A stretch of 64,000 bases of DNA from the human T2T-CHM13v2.0 reference genome, Homo sapiens: NCBI RefSeq assembly GCF_009914755.1, contig NC_060930.1. One strand, 5' to 3'. A model generated the notes under the pieces. The model saw nothing but the letters and a program-made list of their open reading frames with translations, did not search any database and had not been told where the DNA came from. Positions 30,125 to 42,420 of this stretch are shown here, piece after piece. The translations under genes and the position numbers were made by a program. Each line of letters begins with the position of its first letter. Position 1 is the first letter of the stretch.

Positions 30125-32824
30125 GTGATATAAGATATAATACAAGAAAGAGCCTTCACAATGTATTTTAATATTTCCCATATATGACGTCAGTTCTAAT
30201 AAAAGCATTTCACTAATATCTCTTTTTCCAGTTTAATTAAAGTCATTAAAAAGTCATGGCGTATTGCATTATTTTCCAATTGTTATTGTTTGTGTATTTG
30301 ATAGCTCAACTATCTTTCAATCATAATTATTTGTAAATGTATACACACACATTTAGCAGAAAAATTGAAGACCTTATAGTATAAAATACAGATTATAAAT
30401 AATTCAAATTATTTTCATAAATTTTACTTTTTTTGCAATAATATATATCAAAAATAAGTCATTTTATGAAGTTTTCAGTGACAGAGCATAATTACCCACA
30501 CTTTGGAAAATATTTATGTTAACATAATATTTTTATATTCTTTGAATACATTACTTTATACCCAAATCTTCCACAATGTGGAATAATTAACTATTCTTTT
30601 ATAATGACTGTGTTTAAAAGTGAATTATAATTAAGCACAATTAATTAGCAAGCAGCAACAGAAAGAATCACGTTTTAAACTTGGCTTTAAATTTACAATA
30701 GCCTTTTTCTTCACAGTGTGGACATATATATAATTGAGAAAGCATTTATAAAAAACTCTGTACAGATAATTATGGCAATAGTAATCTTAGAATATTAATT
30801 TTAAATTCATGTTCTTCAGTCTACTGTGTTCAATGAAAGAAATGAAACTTGCCCGGAAGACTATGGATATGTTGCTATATGTACCAATTCAACTGAAAAT
30901 CATTTTACCAATATTTTCAGGATTAAATAAGTCCCTATTAAGTATAAATGTTAATGACAAAAAAGGCAGTAGATCAATATTAAAGCTAATTTAGTCAATG
31001 TTTGGATATTACTTTGGATCAAAACTCAGCATCGCTCATATAAAGACAATACAGGTGGATTAGAAACTTATACTATGGTATAACCCTCCTGATTTGACAT
31101 GTATGTTGAATACAAATTATGGTGTTGGAATTCTTGACTCAGATTGCCTAGATGAACATTGAATATTTGGAACCTTGAGAGGCATAAGAGCACTAAAGGA
31201 AATGATCAACCTTAGGTTCAGAATTTGAAATATTTGACTTTGACTCTAACGGAGACAAGCTCAAAGATTAAACAGCTTTAAATGTTTCAGTATCTCAAAT
31301 GATATGCCCTTTTTTAATAGTCATGAGAGAAGGAAACGGCCGGGGAACTGCACCCTCACACTGAATGATGAGAAGTGGAACCGTAATATATTTACCATCA
31401 TTATTTCAGGGACTAAAATATTCAGAATAGTTTAAGAATACTGGACTGCCTTCAAGCAATCTGAGTCAGTGTCACACTTTGCATAGAGTGGAGTTTGAGA
31501 ATTTAATTACCTAAACAGCTGGCTCCAGAATTCTGACTTAAGGAAGAGAACTGCCTTTGTTTGGGGAAAATACCTCTTTAAGCCTCTTGGAGGTGGATGG
31601 TGAGACCCTGAAGGTATAGTTCTGCAGGAGCCATGCTGGAAAAGGTGATTTAATATTGCCTTTTACTGGATATGAACAGAAACGTTGGGGGTATGTAAGA
31701 GAGTGAAGAGAAGGAAGGATTACTGGGCAGCCTATTAGGGCGATAAAACCTAAACCAAAGAAATGGCTGTAAGGCGTTTAGAACAGGTTATTTTAAATGT
31801 GGTGTTTTAAGTTGTGGGTGTTGTTATGCACTCCTATCTCCTTAACCTTTGATAATCCATTGTACATAAAATATACTGAATTCCTTATAAGTGTTTGCAT
31901 TTAAAAACAGGCTAAGACAATCAAGACACTTAGCCTATCCCTAAACTTAAGTAAGAGAACAGCTAAAATTCCAAAAGATCTTTATAAATCCATAAAAAAT
32001 TGTTAAGACATTTCATTCTCTATAATCCATAGAAAATAGAAACAATTTCATTAATATCCAAAGGAATGAGCTTTACCTGACATCTGAATTAAACATGTCA
32101 CATAATATTTTAATGTACCTGTTGGTAAACTAAAGTGATAGCCTTCAATCTGTTTGTGCTAGGAGGAGCCATTGTAAAATTAAGTAAATTGCAGTTTCTT
32201 TGTAAACTCAATGAAAAGACACTGAGATTGCCATTTCTAGAGAATCTAGCAGTTTATTATTGACATAAACTGGTCAATAAAATCTTAAGTGGGTAAGTCT
32301 TGAAGCGATACTTTTTCTATTCATAAAGAGCTGACAATTTTTGACATATAACTTTTTTTAGGTGGGGAGGACTCTTTCAAGTAAATAGAAAAGAATTTCA
32401 GAGTACTGGTCTCTCTGGGAACATTGATGAAAAATAAAACAAAACACCACCAACAAAATCCTCAAAGATTTTTGTTGTTGTTGTTCAAAGAATACATTTT
32501 TTTCAGAAACAAAGATAATCATTCAAACCACACATAATTAAAATAAATCATAGAAAAAGCCGCATTTTGAGGGAAGAAGAGAATCTTTGATCCAACGGCC
32601 TTGGGAACGTAGACTGAGTGGAAATGTTAGCAGAGAGTAGTAAGTCACTTTGTATTGAAGTTGGACAGGTGGTATAAGAGAGAAAAAACAGAGACAGAAC
32701 AGACAGCAATAAGAGAGAAGCAACAAGGGCCCTGTCAGGTCTGAGTAGATCACTGCATGCAGTCTGTCCCATACAGAAAATAAAAGTGTTAAAATACAAG
32801 AGAAAGGAGAAAAACAGAGAAGCA

Positions 32825-32971
32825 GTGTATATATATATACGTGTATATATATATATACACATATATATATATATATACACATATATATGTATATATATGT
32901 ATATATATGTGTATATATATATGTATATATATATGTGTGTGTGTGTGTATATATACACACACACACACACA
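32825..32971. repeat. Compound (TA)n/(TG)n/(CA)n microsatellite
   Basis: Alternating purine-pyrimidine tract ending in a self-complementary (TG)n-TATATA-(CA)n. Confidence 0.95.
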
Positions 32972-33042
32972 GCAGAAAGGACTAATTAGAATAAGAGTAA
33001 TAACTGAAGGATTGTGCAATAGACATAATTAAGTCAACAAAT

Positions 33043-33293
33043 GGCAGTGTAGGTAGTGGTTAAGAGGACAGAGTATAGAATCAGTATATTTGGGTTCAAA
33101 TTCTGATATCCCTCTTGGCAGTGTTAACTTAGGCAAGTTACTTTAGTACCCTGTGCCTCAGTTTCTTCATCTGTAAGATGGAACTTTAAATAACATTCCT
33201 TCTTCATTAATTCATAAGGACAAAATGAGTTAATCCACATAAAGCATTTAGAATGGTGTTAAGCATACAGTGAGCCCTTAATATTAGTTACTA
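33043..33293 (+). mobile_element. Near full-length MIR
   Basis: gtggttaagag, tgggttcaaattc, ggcaagttactt, ctgtgcctcagtttcttcatctgtaa, aaagcatttagaa. Confidence 0.88.
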
Positions 33294-34624
33294 ATGTCTA
33301 ATAATGATAACAATGGAACATAATAACTACTTGCATTAGTAAACTCGCTACAGTATAAAGTAACTTGAAAAGATACAGCACAGTATAAGGGCTAGTTGAA
33401 CAAAGAGGTTCGCTAGGACAACTTAAGGTGTATAAGAAATTACCTCAAGAGCAAAGGGTGAAAAAGAAGGCTGATTCCTGAAGCCGAATTTCCTCCTCCA
33501 GTCTTTAGCAAGGAGCCGTATCCAGGTAGCCTCAACTCAACTTAAGTTTGTGTATTTTATATAGAGATGTCTGAATTAGTTGTATAACTAAGAAAATGGC
33601 TTAGTAAACTGGCCTGTATCCTTTAGCCATACTGTGCTCACTGAACAAGTCTCAATTCTGGTTTTGTTTGCATAGTATTTCAACTTTAAAATCCTATGCA
33701 GGAAATTCTATAGAAATGATGCCTGAATCAGCCTGAATTTCCCTCACCTGGAACATGGGTAGAACTTTCAGGGCTAAAGAGTCATGCTGACCATGTAGAT
33801 ATTAATGAGCACCCTGATGCCTCAGTAGCACCAAAGGGAATTGACACTTCCTTCCAGACCTACTCACAATTTGCATAGGAAGGGTGTAGTCTACATTCAC
33901 TATTTACGGATGGGCTTTCTCTGTGAATAAAATTTTCAAAATTATGATCAGTCTGTGATACTAAATGCGAGATATGACTAATTATGTTTGCACAGTATAA
34001 TTAGAATGTTTGAATGAGAGAAATCATAAACAATATATAGTTGTCTCACTTTGTGTAATGGGAAACTATATGGGTAAAGGGAGACTAGATAGATTTTCTA
34101 AGATTCTACACAGCCAAGAGGTAAAACCAAGACAAGAAATAAGATAGCTTTATTCCTATTCCTGCCCACATTTGACAAACTTCCCTTGCTCACAGGGTAT
34201 TATCTCTACCTACAGAATGACAATAGTTTTCAGAAGCCAGGATAAAAATGACAATACAAAGTCATCAAAAGGAGGAGGCACAAGACAATGGCTACTTAAG
34301 TTATATGAATTCTGTCATGCTTATAATAGAAATGCACAAACATGGAAATGCATTCATAAGCAGTATTCACCTGAATTGTATAGATTGTTTCCCTGACTCT
34401 GTGTGAGTGTGTGTGTGTGTATTGAGTGCTCATTCTATTATTTTACTTTAGTTCAAGTAAAGCAAGCTTCAGATTAAATGTCCTTTGGTATCTCTTTATT
34501 TAGTAAGCATTACATTGTACACTTCATGAGTGGTAGCATTTCATTTATATTACGTTAGTGGTAACAACCAAAAAAAAAGCACCCTTTTCTATTCCAGTCT
34601 TATTTTTTTCATCTGTATGCTGAA

Positions 34625-34910
34625 TATGTATGTTTGAATATATATTTATATCCATTTATATATACATTTATATATTTATATATATATATCATTTCTATAG
34701 AATTTCCTACATGGGAATTTATGTATATGACTTATATAAAGAGATATATATATAAATATATATAAAGACATATAAAGTCATTATATAGATGGGTTTTATA
34801 TATATATAAAAGTCATTATTAAATACCTATAAATATATATATAAAATATATATAAAAATATATTTAAAATACCTATATATATATAACCCATCTATATAAT
34901 GACTTTATCT
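34625..34910. repeat. TA-rich low-complexity region containing an inverted repeat
   Basis: (TA)n-rich; see the finding at 34772-34908. Confidence 0.85.
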
Positions 34911-35307
34911 GTATATCCTTCTGTATATTGTTATTTGTGTGTATTTGTATGTGTGTGTCTTGTGTCTGTATCTTGTTTTTTTTTGTGTGTGTGTGTGTTG
35001 CTCAATCTTGCTGTCTGTCTGTGTATATTAGAGTTTCATGCATCTGTGCAACAAATATATTCTAGGGAAAATACTCTAATAGGTCTGTGGCTCCATGGAC
35101 TAGTACTAGGCAAAATGATAACATCATATACCAAGCACACTAACAGAAACCTGGGAATTGGGGGAGAGAATGCTTGAGAAAATTGAGGAAGAGGTCAAGG
35201 GAAAAGGAGAAATCTGCAATTTGGGAGTGAAATGGAATCCTGAGATTAAAAAAAAAGTGTGAAGTTTCTATGGTAGAATCGCTGAAGAATATTTAAGAAA
35301 GAAGAAT

Positions 35308-35652
35308 GTATTTTTTTAACTTTTATTTTAAGTTCAGGAGTAGATGTGCAGGTCTGTTACATAGGCAAACTTGTGTCATGAGGGTTTGTTGTACAGATTA
35401 TTTCATCACCCAGGTATTAAGCCCGGTGCTCATTAGTTATTTTTTCTGATTCTCTCCCTCTTCCCACCCTCCATCCTCCCATAGGCTCCAGTGTGTGTTG
35501 TTCCCCTCTATGTGTCCATGTGTTCTCATCATTTAGCTCTCATGCATAAGTGAGAGCATGTGGTATTTAGTTTTCTGTTCCTGTGTTAGTTTGCTAAGGA
35601 AATGGCCTCCAGCTCCATCTATGTTCCTGTAAATAGACATGATCTCTTTCTT
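35308..35652 (-). mobile_element. L1PA13-16-like 3' end
   Basis: gttgtacagattatttcatcacccaggtattaagc. Probable TSD agaaagaagaat 35296-35307 / agaaaaaagaat 35653-35664. Confidence 0.9.
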
Positions 35653-37120
35653 AGAAAAAAGAATTTCTTGTAGTTTACTTAAGAATCTTCCCAGGCTGTG
35701 AGGCTCCAAAAATGACCTCCACCATCGCCTCAAATTTACACACAAAGTTTTCCATACATACATCTTTAAATTGGTGATGCTTTAGAGAATAAAATGAACC
35801 AGGTTGTACCTGGAGGTGCAGATAATGTAGAAAATCAATGCCATGGACAGGAGGGGGATGGGAGTAGAGAAGCAACTGGCAGATGTGTGGTTGTGAAGTG
35901 GAGATGAGACACAACCATTTTGCTCAAATATATTAGACAAAGATGACCCTGGAAGGGGGATGGTGGACTTGGACTGACACTTGGGTTACGTAACAAGTGG
36001 CCATTAAGTGTCCCTGTGGAGCCAAATGCTAAAACTAAAATTATGTATATTATCTGTTATTCCACTTTATTATGCAAGTGTAGACACAGGTTGCAAAGAA
36101 ATGTAATTATTCTCTCACTACTTTTCTACTAGATGTAACTTCATGAGAACTCCATAGTGAGAGAAGTTAGTTTATATTTCATATTTCATATAATAATAAT
36201 GTAGTTCCTGTGTAACTATACCACTAAAAATAGTACCATATCTCTGTAATTGCTAGAACAGTTGACAGTCTTTGTGCATTAAACAAGAATGTGTCTCATT
36301 CCATAAATCATTTATAACTGCTGCAGTGATCCAATAGTTTATACTCTTAAGCAAATAAAAATGAACATCTGTCTATTCTCCGGACAACTGCATTCCATAA
36401 CTGACCCTCAGCTTTTCTAAAATTTAATTTTTTGGTTAAAACCAGGAAAATAAAAGTTTATTTTGGTAGCTTTTACTATTTGTCTAGTGTTCCTTTAGAT
36501 CTTTATTTCCAAACAAAGTGTTAGAAAACTCTAGTGAGTAATGTGACTCTCCTAAAACATACTGCGTAAAGACTTGATCTTTTATTCTATTACACGAGTT
36601 AATGTATTATCCTTGACAAAACTGGATTCAGTAAGTTATAAGATTTACCTTAGGATCACATTCTGGAGTAAAAAAAAAAATTACTGTAATATTTGACATC
36701 ACTCTAATCTTTGACCATTGCGATTATTTAAAGCTTAGCTTGGCCTCAATGGGGTTCCTGTGAAAGAAGGTACTAAAGAGAGAGAAAGACAAATCAGTGT
36801 TGAGGTGACTTTCTTCTTTCTATGACTATGTAGCCAGAGAGACAGGAGGTGGTAAATTTATACCTTTATGACGTCAATAGTGCAGCATACTAATTTTTAC
36901 CTTTATTGCTTCAAAAATAATTTCTCTCTACTATAAGTCATTTAATTATTTTAATATAACTTGTTTAAAACCATACAAAGTTACAGAAGTACCTATAATG
37001 CAAAATTTTACTTAAACTGATTTTTTCTCCTCTGAGCTGAGTGAAGAGACTCAGCACACCCCATTACCATTTAACCAGCCCTATTCTAATACTACTTTCC
37101 CACAAGTTGAAGAAACCTAC

Positions 37121-37494
37121 TGATATGATTCAGCTGTGTCCCCACCCAACTCTCATCTTGAATTGCAGTTTCCATAATTCCCATGTGTCACGGGAGGAGC
37201 GCAGTGGGAGGTAATTGAATCATAGGGGTGGTTACCGCCATGCTGCTTGTGTGATAGTGAGTGAGTTCTCAGGAGATCTGATGGTTTATAAGGGGCTTTT
37301 CCCTCTCTTCACTCTGCAAATCTCCTTGCTGCTGCCATGTAAAGAAGGACATGTTTGCTCACCCTTCCGCCATGATTGCATGTTTCTTGAGTGTTCCCCA
37401 GTCATGCTGAACTGTGTGTGAATTAAACCTCTTTTCTTTATAAATTACAGTCTTTGGTATGTCTTTATTAGCAGCATGCGAATGAACTGATACA
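37121..37494 (+). mobile_element. THE1 solo LTR (THE1C-like)
   Basis: tgatatg...gtgtccccaccca, gagatctgatggtttataaggggcttttccc, attaaacctc, ctgataca. TSD cctac/cctat. Confidence 0.92.
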
Positions 37495-37510
37495 CCTATA
37501 CAATTTGGTG

Positions 37511-37826
37511 CAGATTTAGCATTCCTAATCCAAAATAGGAAATGTTCCAAATGTGAAATTTTTTGCATGTCAACATGAAATAGTTACACCTTTGCTTTCT
37601 GTTGGTTCAATGTGCAGAAACCTTGTTTCATGAATGAAATTATTAAAAATATTACATAAAATTACCTTCTAGGTTCCATGCTCAAAATAATATATACATA
37701 TAATATTATTATTTGTGTGTGTATGTATATATATTCACATATATGTAAATATTTCAATATCATAAAAAATCTACAATCTGAAACACTTCTGTTCCTAAGC
37801 ATGTCAAAAAAGTAATACTCAACCTG
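37511..37826 (+). mobile_element. Tigger4/MER46-family MITE (TcMar-Tigger)
   Basis: Termini cagatttagcattcctaatcc and gtaatactcaacctg followed by TA; internal tctgaaacacttctgttcctaagcat. Confidence 0.85.
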
Positions 37827-38099
37827 TAGTAAAATTGTACTAATATCAACATTTTGTCTGGTACATTATAAACATTGAATAAATATTTATAGTAGATATA
37901 CATAGTTTTTGCTGAACCAGCTTTGCAACTTTTATTACCCAGTTTTTCTTTAGGATTAATTTCTTGTTCATACTCAGTACATGTCATTTGAGTGAAACTG
38001 TAGGATAGACGTATTACCCAGGCCTGGCCCTTCACATATTCTTTATATGCCCTTTCCTTAGTTAAAATATGTATGTAATTTAAGCAGTGATGATAATAA

Positions 38100-38428
38100 A
38101 GACAATTCTAGGATGTCAGTTGGAATTTTTGAAATTAAAAAAAACTTGCTGCCTAATAAAAATGTTGGTTGTATATATGAATCTAGAAATATTGGGACTC
38201 TCTATTTCAACAGTATTTGTTTGAGAAAGTATTCAAAACAGAAAAAAAAAATCCCACAGAAAAGAGAGAAGGAACAAGAGAGAGAGGATAAAAGTTGCTG
38301 AATTCCTATATTCTGCCATACCTAAAGGAAAACGCACCTCTGTATTTTTCAGGCATTCAATTTGTTTTACTTTTATTTATAGGTAAGGATTATGGTTACT
38401 TGCAAATAAAATAATTCTGATTAATACA
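38100..38428 (+). mobile_element. Degraded MLT1K/L-like LTR, 3' part
   Basis: Ends ggttacttgcaaataaaataattctgattaataca. Confidence 0.45.
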
Positions 38429-38653
38429 TTTTAAACTTTTTTTGTATTTCTCACAAAGTGAAGAGTATAGTCAATTCATGAAACAAAAATGTGCCAAATA
38501 GAGTATGTCATATTTCTCAAATTAGATGGGAGAGCTGCAGATAAATTTTACTGGACTGATTAAGTAAAATGCATTAGAAAATGTTGGCAGCAGCTTAAAA
38601 CAGAAGAAATTACTTATGTTTTTCTTACACATATTTTCTCTTAAGTGGAAGGT

Positions 38654-39118
38654 TATAATAAGCAGCTTTTAAGATGGCCTCCAGTGATTTCATGCCCTGG
38701 TATTTATGCCTTTGAGGAATCCCTCCCTTTGAGTGTGAGCTGGATTAATGACTCATTTCTAATAAATACAAAACTACAGAACTGGTGTGATGTCACTTCT
38801 GAGATTAGGTTTTAGGAAGATATTGGCTTCCCCTTGAAGGAGTGCTGTTGCTCTGTCTCGGATTGCTTGCATGTCATGAAGCAGTCCCCTGGTTAGGTTC
38901 ATGTGAGTGAAATTGGAATCAGATCATTCACCAGCTAGGCCTTCATGTGAACATGCAGCTTTGGATTACAGGTTGAATGCAAACTCATGAAAGAGCTTGA
39001 GGCGCGGCACTCAGATAAGCCACACCAGTATCCTTGAACATGTGAGGTAACAAATGGATGTTGTTTTAAGTGCTAAGTTTTGGAGTAGTTTGTTATGCAG
39101 AAATAGATAACTAATACA
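38654..39118 (+). mobile_element. MLT1F-like solo LTR
   Basis: taagatggcctccagtgat, tgtcacttctgagattaggtt, gtttgttatgcagaaatagataactaataca. Confidence 0.85.
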
Positions 39119-40654
39119 TAGAAGTAGAATCAGGATCAGCGCTTATAAAATGGAATCAGAGGTTCTATTCTAAAACTGTAGCCACCTTCTGCCACCAATT
39201 ATCAAAAATAAATCGGAAAAGAGTAATTTAGCTTACTTCAGTTTCATCTGTATTTACCAGCAGCTACTATCACCAGGCAGGCTTTGAATAAAGTTATGAC
39301 TTTTAATCAAACTCAACGTACTGTTTCAGGCTTTTCCCATTGTATCATTGGTCTGTCACATTGTCATTCTATGTGGTGTTTTGGAGCTTGAACAGCTGAA
39401 CTCACTATGGTATCACCTGCAATTATTACCTTTAAAACACCAACAGGTTCTCCAAAGTAATTTCAAAGAAACCTCACTTCTGTAAATATAAGTAAATAAA
39501 ATGAAGACTGAAGAATTTGAAGGCTATCTAGATAAAAAGTTGCTAAAAGCTCTCCTACAGAACTTTAATGTTCAACTACGGTCATTTACATATGTTCACT
39601 TCTAGAGTTAAGGATTTTATAAAGGTTTTGTGAATTTTCTTAAAGTCCAGGTGTATTAGGCTTCTAAACTTTGATTATATACCTGAGAAGCTAAATTTTG
39701 ATTATATACCTTGAGAATTTAGAGCCCTAAGATCTAACCTTGCTAAAATAAACTATCTTGGGAACAAGTAAGCAAGCAGTAGCAGTAAAAATAAAATCAT
39801 GTTTCCTTTTTGGCATTATTGAAATAACTCTTTCTTTAGTGGACTTTTTCCTAAATTGGTGAATTTAAATTATTTAGTATCATTCTTAATATGGTGAAAT
39901 TGATAATTTTATATCACATTTTCTACTTATTTTTCTTTCCTTTAAATCTCAAATCACAGGGTTGCCATTTTGAGAGAGTAATCTACTTGTACATTCCTGT
40001 ATATTTGAAATTGAGAGCTGAAATTTTTTGAGAATTTCCCAAAATATTCCACCTTGCCAGATAACCACTTTGTTAGCTGCTCGGGATTAGTGTTAATATG
40101 GAAAGTTCAAATAGGAACCAATGAGAGAATTAAAGGCAGACCATTATAATTGTTATGACACCTTTTGAATTTTCTGATGAAAGCTGAGTGATGTCAATCC
40201 ATATGCCAGTTTTTCTTCTTTCACTTATGCCACACCGACAGAATTATTTCACTGTTTATTAGCAATATGCAACAATATGCAAATTAGAGTACAGAGAAAA
40301 GAGAAATAGAGGCGGGAGAGAGAGAGAGAGAGAAATTTACAGATCTGTATTCCTATACCTATCTTTTACATGGCATATTTTCTGGTAAAATGTGTCCAGC
40401 AGCTACCTGGCTCTTCTATACATCATTAGTGAGAAAAGTAATCCTTTTCTCAAAGAAAAGAAAAATTGGGAGGGATTGAATTGAAATCTGAAAAGAGGAA
40501 TAAAATGTCTTAATCTGATACTTCCCTCTTGTTGAGAAAAGCAGAAATTACCTTTCCATTAGAGTTTGATGGAATAATACATAATACCCCAATGCATGAA
40601 TTTCTCACCTAATGGTGACTTTTGTTTTAGAGGGCTATTCATTTGCTCGTTTAA

Positions 40655-40808
40655 TGATGCTTCTCAAACTTGAATGTGCATACAGATTACATGCAGATCT
40701 TGTGAAATGTGGATTTGATTCAGTTGGTTTCGGGTGGAGTTTGAGATTCTGCATTTCTAATAAATTCCCAGGTGAAATCAGTCCATGGACTATATTTTAG
40801 TAGCAAGA
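40655..40808 (+). mobile_element. MER5A1/MER5B MITE (hAT-Charlie)
   Basis: tgcttctcaaacttgaatgtgcatac, tgagattctgcatttctaa, cccaggtga, agtagcaag. Confidence 0.85.
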
Positions 40809-40977
40809 GTTTAGAATATCTGACATTTTGTAAGACTCTCTTTGCTACTGTGGAATACATGCAGACACTGTTCTCAAGGAGCCTACACTATATTCGAAGA
40901 GAAAAGTCAACCCATGTGTAAAAATAGCTCATGCATTAATAAAATTAATAGCAATTAGTACATTGAGGAGGTGTAGA

Positions 40978-41863
40978 CAGGGCTGGCTTCATGAGCATAT
41001 GACGTGTGCAGTCTCACAGGGCCGTGTGCTTAGAAGGGCCTACATTTGGTTTAATGCTCTGCTGTTGTTGTCTGGAAATTGATTTTTCTTAATTATACTT
41101 TAAGTTCTGGGATACATGTGCAGAATGTGCAGGTTTGTTACAGAGGTATACACGTGCCATGGTGGTTTGCTGCACACATCAACCTGTCATCTACATTAGG
41201 TATTTCTCCTAATGCTATCCCTCCCCTTGCCCCCCCACCCCACAACAGGCTGGGTGTGTGATGTTCCCCTGCCTGTGTCCATGTGTTCTCCTTGTTCAAC
41301 TCCCACTTATGAGTGAGAACATGTGGTGTTTGATTTTTTGTTCCTGTGTTAGTTTGCTGGGAATGATGGTTTCCAGCTTCATCCATGTCCCTGCAAAAGA
41401 CATGAACTCATCCCTTTTATGGCTGCTTAGTATTCCATGGTGTATATGTGCCACATTTTCTTTATCCAGCCTATCACTGATGGGCATTTTGGTTGGTTCC
41501 AAGTCTTTGCTATTATGAATAGTGCTGCAATAAACATGTGTGCCTGTGTCTTTGTAGCAGAATAATTTATACTCCTTGGGGTATATACCCAGTATGGGAT
41601 TGCTGGGTCAAATGGTATTTCTGGTTCTAGATCCTTGAGGAATCGCCACACTGTCTTCCACAATGGTTGAACTAATTTACACTCCCACCGCCAGTGTAAA
41701 AGCTTTCCTATTTCTCCACATCGTCTCCAGCATCTGTTGTTTCTTGAATTTTTAATGATCGCCATTCTACCTGGTGTGAGATGGAAATTCTTACTACATT
41801 TTGAACAAGGGGCATTTCATTTTCATTTTGTCCTGGAACCCACAAATTACGTAACTGTTCCTG
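40978..41863 (+). mobile_element. MER45A MITE (hAT-Tip100) split by an L1 insertion
   Basis: cagggctggcttcatg...tttaatgctctgctg on the left; ttttgaacaagggg...caaattacgtaactgttcctg on the right. Confidence 0.85.
41081..41781 (-). mobile_element. 5'-truncated L1, L1PA6/7-like
   Basis: Antisense 3' UTR and ORF2 C-terminus. TSD tggaaatt at 41073-41080 and 41782-41789. Confidence 0.93.
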
Positions 41864-41891
41864 GGTACCAATAAGGTTGTATGAAACATTA

Positions 41892-42420
<529 letters not shown>

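Noticed and set aside
32538-33032. Overlapping 63-142 aa ORFs rich in Y/I/C/V/H/T
   Set aside because: Artefacts of the stop-free TA/TG/CA microsatellite.
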